A stretch of DNA of 64,000 nt, from the NCBI GenBank assembly GCA_013265495.1, contig MU058463.1, positions 3,517,037 through 3,581,036 of the forward strand, in the 5' to 3' direction. The notes under the pieces were generated by a model. The model made no database searches. It worked only from the letters and a program-made list of their open reading frames with translations, and had not been told where the DNA came from. This DNA is from Vicugna vicugna (taxonomy: Eukaryota). The first letter of the stretch is position 1, and every line of letters starts with the position of its first letter. Below, piece by piece: positions 14,800-27,300 of the stretch. A program made the translations under genes and the position numbers.

Positions 14800-15080
14800 A
14801 ATCATGGCCATTAAGACTCAGAAGAGGCCATCTTATCCAATCACCCAACCAGGACAGATCCTTTGCATAGTACCCATGACAGATGGTTATTCAGCCTCCA
14901 CTTGGGTATTTCCAGAGACAGGAAGATCACTTCTTCATGTAACAGCACATTCTAGAGTATGGATACTTCTAATATAAAAGTGTTTTCAGATGCCAGAAAA
15001 CAAAAAAACAAACAAACAAACAAAAAAACAAAACCTCTGCTACTTGGAACTTTACTTCATTAGCCTTAAACGTAATTTTA
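14800..15080 (-). mobile_element. L3/CR1 LINE relic containing a (CAAA)n tract
   Basis: 'gacagatggttattcagcctccacttgggtatttccagagacaggaagatcact' resembles the recalled L3 3' region. Confidence 0.6.
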
Positions 15081-17025
15081 TGAGCCAAGCAAAAGGGTAA
15101 GCAATGCAAAATCATAACAAATGTGAATTTTTAGTGTGTGTATTTAACACATTTAGGCAGAATGTAATTCTTCTGCATTCTAATGAAGTTCAGTGTATCA
15201 TTGGGAACACTTTGAGCTGCAAATCACAGAAAACCTGACAAACAGTGGCATAAACCATAAATATAATTTTTCATTTTCTTATTAAGTGACTTGGATTCAC
15301 TGGTTCAAGGTTAACACTCAGGCTCCTTTGTTCTGCCATTTTCAGTGTCTCAGTGTGTCTCTTTTCATTTGGTTAGTAATACAGTATTCTTTTTGAAGGA
15401 CAACTAGCTTAACAAAAAAGAGGGGCCCAAAGAAGAAACATTTTTTAGAGTATCTCAAATATTGTACCTGTAAAAGGGTACTCTGTCTTATGAAACTAAA
15501 TACTGGATTCCCTTGGTAGGTATAGCCATTTAGAGGAAATAAAATAATCCAGCTGAGTTGCTCAATTACAGTAGCCCTATATTTAATCATTCAGCTTATC
15601 TCTTACTCTGATTTTAAATCCTTTGGTAATAATAGAGCTTTCAATGAAGATTTTCCCCTATAGGGAAAGAAGGCAGTTAGCGGACCAGAAAACCATGTAT
15701 TTTCCAATGTGGTATGAATAAATAAATAAATGGCAGTAACTTAGAAGCTGTACAAATCTCAATTCATATCTGGACCCTGCTATATAACAGTTGTGTGAAT
15801 GTGTATGATTTATTCAATATTTGTGAACTTTAATTTCTTCATCAATAAAATGGAGACATTCAGAAATAAGAGAGATTGTATAAAGGTTCAAACACCTAGA
15901 TGAGATTTACAAATTGGCTTCAGAAAGAAGGAAAAAAAGGAAGAAAGGAGAGAAGGAAGGAAGGAAGTTATTTTTCCATTACTTATTTGATATTCTGACT
16001 TATAAATAAGCACCAAATGAAATTAGAGTAAGTCAATCCAGAATTACCTCTGAAATCAGGAACATTTTTGTTTGGTATCTCAAGGCTAGTTATAAGCTTG
16101 GAACCCCAGTCAATAAACTACACCAAGTTTCTCTTCTGCAATAGCCATAAGCATATCTAATGACAGCTCCAGATTGAAAATTCTGGATATTACATCAAGT
16201 AGCTTTAACAAGTGCTTCATTGTTCTTGATTCTGTATAAAGAATGACATCAACCAGGTCTCTGCTTTCTAGCAGTTATCCTCTGAGATAGCCAACACAAA
16301 CCCATAAGAAGCATGGAGACAGCAACATAAAACCAAGATACAAGCGTCTATAAAATGATGTAAATTCAAACAGAATATTCTTTCTCCCCTATTGGAATTT
16401 TATTTTGTCTTCCAATAGCAGAATGCAGATTAAGAATCTAGCTGTCTTCCTGTATCTTGTCACTGACAGTGGTCACAGAAAAACAAACTCTTCTGAAAAT
16501 CCCTGAATGTGATCAACATGACTCAAGCATATGGGAGTTATTATTATGTGTGACAGAGTACAAAATATTTTTCTTTAATCGAAAGAACTTTTCCAAACAT
16601 CATTTTCAGGTTAAAACAACATATATTTTTATTAAAGCTGCAAACAGCGTATTTTGTTTGCAATCTGGCTGTTAGGAGGTAGATGCAGACTGCCCATCAT
16701 TGGGAAGGAAATGAGGGAGAAGTCTTCATTCAGACTGGATCACTCCTGCAAACAGCTATCAATGAGGAGATAAAACAGTACAGTCATAACTTATTAGGGA
16801 GACTGACTTACTGGGCCCTAAATAACCCCTAAATAAGATATACTTTTTTTAAAAAGGGAACAATTATTAATAGGAATCAAAATTACTTACACAAAAGAGA
16901 GCTTAATTCCAAACTGAAAATAACGTTTTATCATGAATCCAATACTTTTAATAGTTAAAACATTTATTAAACTAGCATTTTTCCTCAAATGCTTTCTCTC
17001 TGTAAGTGGAACAGTAACAGATGGT

Positions 17026-17527
17026 TCTACCTAAACACTCCCACATCATCCTCCACCTAAGCCCACCACCAAACTTACACAAACGTCACCAACCAAAACC
17101 TTGTTATTCTTTCTGTCTTCCTCATTTCTAATAATGGAAACATGGTACATGTTGAGTTTGAAATGCTGATGGTTCATCCCACGGAAGTGTTCAGAAGCAG
17201 AGAAGGAAACAGGATTGTCATTTGGGGTTTCAGTAGGTCCCTGAGGTACATGGACAAGTATCTATCCAGATCCTTGGTAGGTAAGTGTTCCCAAAAGCCT
17301 GAGCTACAAATGGACCAGATTCATTGACTTTTTCTGTTTCTATGGCTCCTGTTCAACATCTCAAAGAACTCTCTGTCCACAGTTTGTGACTGTTTTCTTC
17401 CAGCATGTACAGGCCAGAGCCATTTGAAACGGCTCCATGAATTTCCTAGTGAAAACTGCAGGGATTTATAATTGTGTTAGGAATTTACAGGGAAGTTTCT
17501 AGGAATTTGAAGAAGACGGCTTGGGAG
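17026..17527. repeat. Local duplicate, copy A (direct part 17026-17135, inverted part 17143-17527)
   Basis: Aligns by eye to 22225-22333 in the same orientation and to the reverse complement of 21825-22201. Confidence 0.9.
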
Positions 17528-19708
17528 TGGACTGTATATTGTTGCACAGAGTAGTAATTTACTATGCATAAAAGGAATTATTCTTTGTAAATTATGATCA
17601 AGACTAAGGTGTCATCATTTCACCACTGACCCTCTCAATTTAAGCTAATATCTTGTCTATGAAACTATACTCAGGCCTATGTCTATATAGAAATAGCTAG
17701 TCCATTTCTTCTTAGAGTTAACATTCAGCAAATATTGATAGATTGATCAGGCAATCTGGGTTTAATTTTCTTAACCTACCTTACAGAAATTATCAGTGCA
17801 GATCCTTTCCCAGAATTCAAATTTCTTATAATTAAAAAGATGCTAAACAGACTCAAATAAAACCAAGAAGTTCTCAGATTGCACAACAAGAGTTTTTCTT
17901 TGAATTGTAAAAGGCAAACATCAGTAACCATTATTCTATGTTTCTAAAAACAGCATTTCTTGTATTTTAGATACACTTAATCACAATATTGAGGCACTTG
18001 GATATAGCCAGAGCAAAAGGGTCTTCTGATTTAGAAAACTGTCACTTGAATATGAATATTTATTTGTCCATCCTCACCTGATTCACTTAAATATTTGATC
18101 TATCCCTACTCACTTCCCTGAAGCAATGCAAGTTGGCCAGGTGATTTTTTTAATTTAAATAAAAAAGAGAATGGGCTTACCACACACCTTCTCTTGTTTT
18201 CATTTACGAGATATGCTTGCTTAATAAAGTAGAAATGCTAGGAGAGATGACAAGTTCAAACTGTGTGGCAATTTGGCCAAACCTGAACTGCAGGGGGAAG
18301 GTGTAAAAAGCTGGATGAATGAATAAAGTGGATGGGCAATTTGGGGTGAGTGCTTTGGGGACACCACCTGCTAAACACTGAAACCTACAGAAACATTGCT
18401 CATGTGGAGAATGAAGAAGGGTAACTGTGAAGAATTAAGAATTGTAGATGAGTCCACTGGATGGAGCCTGTTAACGGGGGGAATACACTGAAGTTACCAA
18501 AGTGAGGACAACTGTCTTGTTAGCACTTAATTAGGATGATGGGTATATCCCTGGTACCCTATCAGGCCTCTTTCTTACTTTTAAATTGTAAGAGTTGGGT
18601 TATTAGGCATGGTCTCTTTAATTACCTTTATATTCACTTGTCCAATAAAACTGATAACAGTCATAGTGTCCTTCAGACTCAAAACATTAACTCTACCAGC
18701 AGTGCAAATGAATAAGAGGGAGAGGACCCCGTTCACCTCTAATGGGGCTTTTCAACCAGCCCTCTCATCAACTCTGCAGCCTGCTTATTGCTGTGAGCCC
18801 TGAAGATCGGTGCAATTACATGAATGCTGGAAGGAAGACTTCACTTTTTGCCTCTTGTGCCCATCTGAAAGCCCAGTCTCACCCAATACAACATGTGTAA
18901 ACTACTCAAGAGACTTCTAGGAAAAGAAGCCTGGCTAGACCTGGATTCAGTATCCAACATACAGTCTACTCCACAACATGTACCTTAAATCAAAGTTGTC
19001 AGTTGTTTTTCTGAAATCAGCATTATGGGGCATCACCACTAATTGCTATATAATTTTGGAATCCTAATACCAGAAGGGATCATAAAGAATGATCTAATTT
19101 AAACCTCATTCTGAAACAAGTATTATCTCTGTAATCAAGTAACATGAAAAATGACTCAGGCTAAAAAAAAAAAAGATTCCACATGTTTCTGTCAGTATTA
19201 GTGCTTGTGGCTTAACCTTGACTTGATTATAAGTCAATTATGAATAATATAATCATCAAGCTTCTTACAAGATGCTGTTGAGAATTAAAGATATAATTCC
19301 TGACCTCATGAAATTTACTATAGCATTATAGAGACAAATCAGACATGGAAAGACAGACACAAGGAAAGCTGTAAAAAGAACTTGCTCTCTTCAGTGTTGG
19401 ACTCTTGCTCTGGTAAGGTACCCCAGTGTCTATCCTAGGGCCAGGTGGCTAGTTTGGCATTTCTGCCCAATCCCTAGTGATTGATGGCTTAGTTGGATTA
19501 TCTGTTCTGTTTGTCTCTCAGGATGAGCCCTGCCCCACCCTGCAGTTATACTGGGCCCAGAAAAGTTGTTGAGACAGAGAAAAAGGATACCTTGGATATA
19601 AGAAATCCTAGCCAGGAGTTAGAGAGGAGCTGAGATAAGAGAAGTTTTTACCTTGTGTTATTTCTCCAGTGGAAATGAATGACCAGTACCTGTCAGACCA
19701 TAAAGTAT

Positions 19709-20349
19709 GTATATATGTATGTATTTATTTAATTGATGTAGAGTTGATTTACAATGTATGAATTTCTGGTGTATAGCATAGTGATTTTATATATATATAT
19801 ATATATATATTCCTTTTCATATTCTTTTTCATTATAGGCTATTACAAGGTATTAAATATAGTTCCCTGTGCTATACAGTAGGACCTTGCTATTTATCTAT
19901 TTTACATATAGTAGTTAGTACCTGCAAATCTCCAAGTCCTAGTTTATCCCTCACCACCCTCCTTTCTCCCTATAACCATAAGTTTGTTTTCTATGTCTAT
20001 AAGTCTGTTTCTACTTTTTAAATAAGTTCATTTGTGCCATTTTCTTAGATCCCACATATCATACGGTAGTTTTCTTTCTCTTTCTGGCTTACTTCACTTA
20101 GTATGATGATCTCCAGGTTCCATTCATATTGCTGCAAATAGCATTATTTTATTCTTTTTTATGGCTGAGTAGTGTTCCATTGTGTATATATACCACATCT
20201 TTTTTTATCCATTCATCTGTTGATGGACACTTAGGTTGCTTCCATATCTTGGCTATTGTAAATAGTGCTACTATGAACACTGGGGTGCATGTATCTTTTC
20301 AAAGTAGAGTTTCCTCAGGATCTATGCCCAGAAGTAGGATTGCTAGATC
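19709..20349 (-). mobile_element. 5'-truncated L1 3' end with internal (TA)n
   Basis: 'gagttgatttacaatg...ttattacaagg...atagttccctgtgctatacagtagg'. Flanked by AAGTAT at 19703-19708 and 20350-20355, a possible TSD. Confidence 0.9.
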
Positions 20350-21278
20350 AAGTATTTATTAATTGACCCCTCAATCTTTTATTTTCATTTTACACTATCC
20401 TAATTCTTTTAAGGACCCCAGGAAGGTTTCCTACTTCCAGTGTTTTAGTAATTTTTATATATTTCTTTTAAAAAATTTTTTTAAGATTCTTAATTGTTCT
20501 CAGATGTTTACTGAGTGTTTGTTAAACTGAATTAACTAGTATATACAGTCTGTACATACAATTAAGTACATGCCTTTTCACTCTTTTAAAAAAATTGTCT
20601 TCCATACAACTCTAAATGTATAACAAAACATTTTTATAGCAGAAAAATAAAATTCCAGAAAAATAAAATTGTGTTCCATACTTACAATTCTTGATTGATT
20701 AATACATTGAGTTATATCATGTTTTAGTAAATCTCAAATAAGTGCCAACCAGGAGACTCACTCAGTTAGGCTCTTGTATATAATTCTATGGAAGAAACTC
20801 ATTTTATTAGGTCAAATAAAATGCATAATTTGTTTACAATAACCATTATGTAATAATATTGGGTAAACCTATGCCTGGTTGGAAATCTAAGACTTCAATT
20901 CACAGTGTTAGCACATCACCAACAATACATATATTAATAATTTTTCCATATTCAGGTCACTATAAAATATTATACTGGAAAGACCTTTTAGATTCTTAAC
21001 CAATCTATCTGATACCTGATGAGTAGTAATATCATCTACTAAACCTCATCCTATAATAACATTTATCCTGGACCTAATGTAATTCTCAGGGATACTCTTA
21101 CCCACAAATAGGAAATATAATAGTAGATCACAGTGATTAAGGTAAATAACCTATATTATAAAATTTTGGAACCCCTAGTGGCAGGGAGTGGTCTTTTGTT
21201 CAAATCCTAGGCTCCCAAGGGCTATGAGATCTCACTTGAAGACAAGGGAGTATTGGGACCATCTTTCCTTAGGACAAC

Positions 21279-21763
21279 TGTATTAGTCAGGGTCCCAGCA
21301 AAAAAACAGAAGTCACTCCCAAAATTATTCAAATCAAGGAACTTTAATAAGGGGAATAATTACAGGGATGAAGATTAGGTTAAGAGAACCAACGAGGGAT
21401 ATCAAGGCACTGAGATATTAACAACAAAAAGAAGTCATTGTTATCATTTTGGTTAAAGAAGCAAGAGAGGAAATTATATTATCAGAGCACAATGAAGTCT
21501 GGAGCCACAGAGAAGAATCTGCCAGGGAATAGCTGTTTTTCAGCTACTGCCAAAGACAGGCTACCAAAGAAGAAAGGGAGTGAAAATGAAATACCTCAAT
21601 TATCTCTCTTCCAGCTCTTTCATCTCTTGCCAGTGTTTCCCATTGGCTGAGCCCAATCAGAACCCAGAAAGGGAGACATCCCCAGAGATAAACCTTCTGG
21701 GGAACAAAACAGGGCAGAAAAAAGATAGATTGCAGAGAGGGAAAACAGAGAATAACCAGCATA
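21279..21763 (-). mobile_element. MLT1-type MaLR solo LTR
   Basis: Begins TGTATTAGTCAGGGTCCCAGCA and ends GAATAACCAGCATA. 5-bp flanks ACAAC/ACCAC match at 4 of 5 positions. Confidence 0.75.
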
Positions 21764-21824
21764 ACCACCAAGATCCAGTAAAACCCAAGAGAAGGAAAAA
21801 AAAAAAAAAAAGCCTGTATAAAGT

Positions 21825-22333
21825 CTCCTAAGCCATCTTCTCCAAATTCCTGGAAACTCCTCTATTAAGTGCCTAAGAAATCTGCAAGAACCTACAGTTT
21901 TCACTAGAAAATTCATAGGGCCATTCCAAATATCTCTGACCTGTACATGCTAAGAGAAAACAGCCACAAACTGTGGACACCGAGTACTTGACCAGGACAC
22001 ACAGAAATAGAAAAGTCAATGAATCTAGCCCACTGGGGCTCAGACGCTTTGGGAACACTGACCAAAAATGATCTGGACGAAGTTAACTGTCAGCATACTT
22101 CAGGGACATACTGAAACCCAGAAAAGAAATTCTATTTATTTCTCTGATTCTAGACACTTTCATGGGATGAACCATTAGTATTTCACCCTCAGTATGTACC
22201 AAAAACTAACTTATATTTTCTCCCTCTACCTAAACACTTCCATATCATTCCCTACCTAAGCCCACTACCAACCTTACACATACACACCACCAACCAAAAA
22301 ACTTATCTTTCTGTCTTCCTTATTTCTAATAAT
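21825..22333. repeat. Local duplicate, copy B (colinear copy; right part L2-derived)
   Basis: See copy A. 22150-22335 follows L2 order ('...ctcagtatgtaccaaaaactaactt...tctgtcttccttatttctaataat'). Confidence 0.9.
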
Positions 22334-23289
22334 AGACTTCATAATATTGTAGTCTAAGGGGTTTGCTGTCATACCATCATCTTTGGTTTCTCCCTCTCCA
22401 CTGAATCTGGAGCCCAACATCTATTAAGAGCTAACCTGCCCTCTGTGAGCACCTGAAAAGGGTGAGCCAAGCCCTGGGCTTTGCTCACTCCATTGTCCTA
22501 AAGACGATTGTTTCTTCCCACTTAAAAATTTCCTCTACAATCCCTTCTGGATCCCATGGTCAGTCCTACATCCATTAATATAAAACCATATTTCTCTGGC
22601 ACTGACTTTAGCTCAACTGAGGGCATCATATACACCTGCCATCTCACTACTCTTTGGTTCCATCATCTTCACAGTGACAGGTATCCTACATGATTCTGCC
22701 TGATCCAGAAACTGACCCACTTGACCGTCCCTCTACCAAGCTTGCTCCAGGCTCAGATAAGCAGGACTGAATAATTGCCTTCCACATCCACTCTCTCCTA
22801 AATTCCATAGATTCTACAAGCACTCTCTCTATCCATTTTTCTGTATTCTTCCTTATTACTCTTCTTCAAGTCTACATTGCTGTATTCCTAGATATAAGCA
22901 ATAATCTATTCTCTACCATATTTCCTGCCTGCATGCAATCATCAAACATCTAAAGGCTGGAATATTAATCTTCTTAAATGAAGCTCCTCTGTGAACACTG
23001 AATTCATCTGCTCAAAAAGCTCCTAAGTCTTCTCATCTCCTGTAGACTATAGACAAAAATACTTTTTGTGGTAGTCAAGAGTTCAGCATTTTAAAAAGCC
23101 TGAACATTTTTGATTTGCCTGTTTTTTGCCTGTTTTTCTAATAGAACATATGGGTATAAGAACTATCTAAATGGAGATAACCCACACTGACACTAGATAC
23201 CATGTTTTTGTTTTGTTTTTCCACAAGATTTTTTTAAGGAGCAAAGATAGGGAAAATCGCATATAAAAGTTGCAGAGAAAATTAATTTG

Positions 23290-25255
23290 CTAAAGTTCAA
23301 TATCTATTAATGATAAAAACTTTCAGCAAACTAGGAATAAAAGGAAAATTCTTCAACTTGACAAAGGTCATTTATGAAAATCCTACAGCTAATGTCATAC
23401 TTTAAGAAGACGATGGTGTCCCTGCTAAGATCAGGAACAAGGCAAGATTTCTGCTCTCCTTACTTCTATTCACCAATATTCTAGCCAGAGAAGTGAGGCA
23501 AGAAAACAAATTAAAGGAAGAGGGAAAAATAAAACATAATTTTTCCACAAATAGCACTGCTGTATGTACATAGAAAAAACTACAGACAGAATCTACAACA
23601 ATAAAAAAGAAACCCATACAAGAACTAACAAGTGAAGTTAAGAAAGCTGCAGGATAAAGGTCAACATACAAAAATCAGTTGTATTTCTACATGTGTAGAA
23701 TATGATATTGTGTCGCCACTTTGGAAAATAATAAACATTTGAAATATAAAGTTTTTAAATACTATTTACAATAGCTTCCTGATAAACCACTTAGGGACAA
23801 GTTTTTAAAATATGTGTAAAATCTGTTCAATGAAGAACACAAAGTATTGCTGACAGAAATTAAGGAGGACCTAAATAAATGCAGAGTGCACCACTGGAAC
23901 GTTGAGTATTGTTAATGTCAGTCGTCCCCAAAGTTAGCTATAGATTTGGTGGGATAATGATCAAAATCCTAGCAGGTCCTTTTCTGTGAACTGACAAGGT
24001 GATTCTAAAATTTATATGGAAATAGAAGTAGCCAAAATAATTGTGATAAAAAGAAGAACCAACTTGGAAGACTTGCAGTAACTGACTTCCAAGATATACA
24101 GTAAAATTATAACAGACGTGATGGTGTGGTATCAGAATAAGCATAGAAATTTAGATCAGTGGAACAGGAAAGAAAGTTCACAAACAGATCCATGTATATA
24201 TGTAAGGTCAATAATTTTTTTTAAAGAGATAGCAAAGTAATTCAATGGGGAAAGACAAAAATCTTTTAATAAATGGTATTGAAATAATTGGATATTCATA
24301 TGGAAAGAAAATGAACTTTGACTCTTAACTCACAACATATGCAAAAGTAAACTCAAAGCAGATTGTAGACCTCTATGTAAGAGCTAAAATTATAAAACTT
24401 CTAGAAGAAAACAGGTGAAAATATTTTTAACTTTGGGATGGGGGAAGATTACTAAGAAATGACCCCAAGAAATAAACCATTAAAAATGATAAATTAGGCC
24501 TTATCAAAATTAAAAACTTCTCTTTGAGAGAGACGAAAGAAAATGAAAAGACAAGCCACAAACTGGGAGAATATATTATGCATTATATATGTGAAAATGA
24601 ATTTTAACAAGTTTCCTCATCTGAAACACGGAGCGGAAATTTATTTGTGTGACTGTTTTCTCTATTCTCCCAAGATATTCTCCCCAGAATGGCACACAAT
24701 TTGTGCCATTATAGAAGCATTGGCGAGCTGTTAATACATTGCGTATAGTAGATGCCTTCGGGCATGTGTTTAATTCTTTCACAGAAATTCCATTGAGAAA
24801 GAATGCCAACTCAATAATAAGACAATTAACCTAATTGTGAAATAGTTATGAGGAAAACAGACATTTCATAAAAAGATATGTGAATTGGCAATATTAATAT
24901 GAGAAAATGCTCAACACCATTAGTCATCAGAGAAAAGCAAGTTGAAACTACAGTGAGGTATCAGTGCACAGTCATTCAAATGGGTAAAATTACAGACCCT
25001 GACTGTACCAAGTACTTGCAGGCATATGGAGTGACTGGAACATTCACACATTGCTGAGGGGAGTGTAACGTTGTACAGCCACTTTGGAAAGCAGTTTCAC
25101 ATAAAGTGGAACATGCTCATATGAGAAAGCATCTCCATTCCTAGGTATTTACCCAAGAGACATAAAAACACATGCCCACACAAAGACTTGTACACAAATG
25201 TTCCCAACAGCTTTGTTCCTAAATAGCCAAAAAACCGGAAACAATCCAAATCCAG
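23290..25255 (+). mobile_element. Old L1 (L1MC/MD-like) ORF2 3' half, interrupted at about 24603-24797
   Basis: 'aaaactttcagcaaactaggaataaaaggaaa', peptide MKRQATNWENI and 'tacagccactttggaaagcagttt'. Confidence 0.9.
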
Positions 25256-25485
25256 TTCCATGTTGACAGGAACCCAAGGATTCATCTCCACATAATCCTG
25301 AACACAGCCCTTCTAAAATTTCTAATTTAAAATAATTTCATGAGTTCCTTTTTTCTCCTATTAAAATGTGAAGGTTAGGGTCTGTAGAAAGTAACAACAT
25401 AAGCAAATGAGTTTGCTCTTGGATTGGCTCTCCCACTTCACCCTGTGAGGCAGGTGCAGTGGGGATATGAGACCTTTCTTTGGGT

Positions 25486-25652
25486 CAGTGGTTCTCAAAC
25501 TGGACTGCAAGTTGACCCTGCCTGCAGAGAATTAAAAAAATTACCAGTAACTGGGTCATACCCCCATATTCTGATTCTGTTTTGCTGAAGGCAGTCCAGG
25601 CAAAGGGATGTTTAAAAGCTCCTCTCCCCCACCCCAGGGTTAAGAACTATTG
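25486..25652. mobile_element. MER5A-like hAT-Charlie element
   Basis: Terminal inverted repeats CAGTGGTTCTCAAAC ... GGTTAAGAACTATTG. Confidence 0.75.
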
Positions 25653-25655
25653 CTG

Positions 25656-25819
25656 TATTTTTGATGGTAGCTATTCTGGCAGATGTGAGGTGATATCTCA
25701 TCAAGGTTTTGATTTTCATCTCCGTGATGATTAGTGACATTGAGCATCTTTTCACGTGCCTGTTGGCCTCTGTATGTCTTCTTTGGAATATTGTAAATCA
25801 ACTATAGTTCAATTAAAAA
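25656..25819 (+). mobile_element. Very short 5'-inverted L1 insertion
   Basis: Antisense ORF2-end segment joined to the sense 3' terminus 'tattgtaaatcaactatagttcaatt' plus an A-tail. TSD AAGAACTATTGCTG / AAAAACTAATGCTG. Confidence 0.8.
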
Positions 25820-26369
25820 AAAAACTAATGCTGTTGACTCAGCATCCTTATCTCTTCTGCAGTGAGTGTGATGAATTAGAAGAATGCAGGGGGTTACTGT
25901 GACAATCAGTTAAGATCACACATTTAATTGACTTGCACGGTGCTTGGCACATGGTGGATGTTCAATAATTTCTTTTCCTGTGCCCATGTTTCTCTTCCAA
26001 TTTCTCCTCTAAACTTGTATCTCTCTGAGGGAGGCCACATTTCTTTCAGGTGACAGCTTCATTATCAAATAATATTCAGACAAGAACCAACCACTAGAAA
26101 CAAAAATCCTTTAGGAGTTAGAGAAAAGGCAACAATAGGAATGAGAAGAGGGTTCTTCACAGGGACAATGGACCAAAACGTGGGTTTGCCTAACTCAGAC
26201 TCCTAACTTCCTGTCAGTCCCTTCGAGGAAGCCAAAACTTGTAAGTAGAGGTCCGTCCTTTGCAGTCAGTTTGTTTCTCAAAGATTCCACCATCACAGAC
26301 TCAAAATTGGCCATTAATAGAAGCATTTTTAAACTGTCATAAAGCAGCACCAGAAAACTTTCCTTTCTA

Positions 26370-26670
26370 TATCTTTCCCGCCTGCCTGCTAAAGTCACCT
26401 TTCATCCATCAAGGCCCAAGACAAATGCCTTGTCTTTCAAGAAACCTTCCTGGATCCTCTGGAGTGGAATTATCCTCTCCTTCTAGCTTACCGTTGTAAC
26501 TCTTCATGTATGAGCACAGGATGACTTATCTGTGGTTAGGGATGTTTATGTGTGTGACTGTCTCTGACAGATTACAATTCTTAAAAGGCAGGAACCAGAA
26601 TTGGTCATCTTTGTATCCCCAGCATGTCTGAAATACTGCCTGACACGTAGCAAGTACTGATTAGCTCTTT
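26370..26670 (+). mobile_element. L2 3' end
   Basis: 'ggcaggaacc...tcatctttgtatccccagca...tgcctgacacgtag'. Confidence 0.7.
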
Positions 26671-26707
26671 GCAGAGCTTAAGAGTGTGATGATCTGTGTG
26701 TTCTTTA

Positions 26708-27300
26708 GAGTTCTTCTATAATGTGATGTATGCGTTTCTGAAAGTCACTGTCCTGTGCAACATCTTGCCGTGTAAACCACAGGGCATACAGGAAAATACA
26801 GGGTTAGTTGCACAACGTTCATCAGTGACACACAAAAATGAGACAGAAACTTGGTAAAAACAGCAATACAGTTTTACACATGTTAAATGGTTAAGAAACA
26901 CATAAATACTACAATAAATATGGCACTTTACTTGAAAAAGACCTGAAACCTGCTTGCAGAAGTGAGTATGTGGAAGGATTGCAGCTGGCGAGTCATCGTG
27001 GAGTGACTGAAAGAGGTTTTCTGAAATCAGTGGGGAAATTACAAAGGCAGCTGTGGATGGGAGTGACTCATAATGCACCAGTAAACAGATAATTGGTAGA
27101 TGTTTTAGGTGTACGGAGGTGAGTTTTGTGTATCTCTATGCTACAAGGAGGGCCAGCTGGTTGTGGTTTTCTTTGTTTACCTAATGTTTCTGCAAACAGA
27201 GTTGCACCTACCTACAAATTCGAAATTCAGTCAAATCATTCCCTATATATCAATCACGTTGGAGCAAATTCACATTTTCAAAATAAGTGTTATAGCAGAC
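26708..27300. mobile_element. Non-autonomous TcMar-Tigger DNA transposon (Tigger8/9-like)
   Basis: Inverted termini GTTCTTCTATAATG ... TGTTATAGCAGAC. Internal 'cagttttacacatgttaaatggttaagaaacacataaatactacaataaat' matches a recalled Tigger consensus. Confidence 0.75.
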
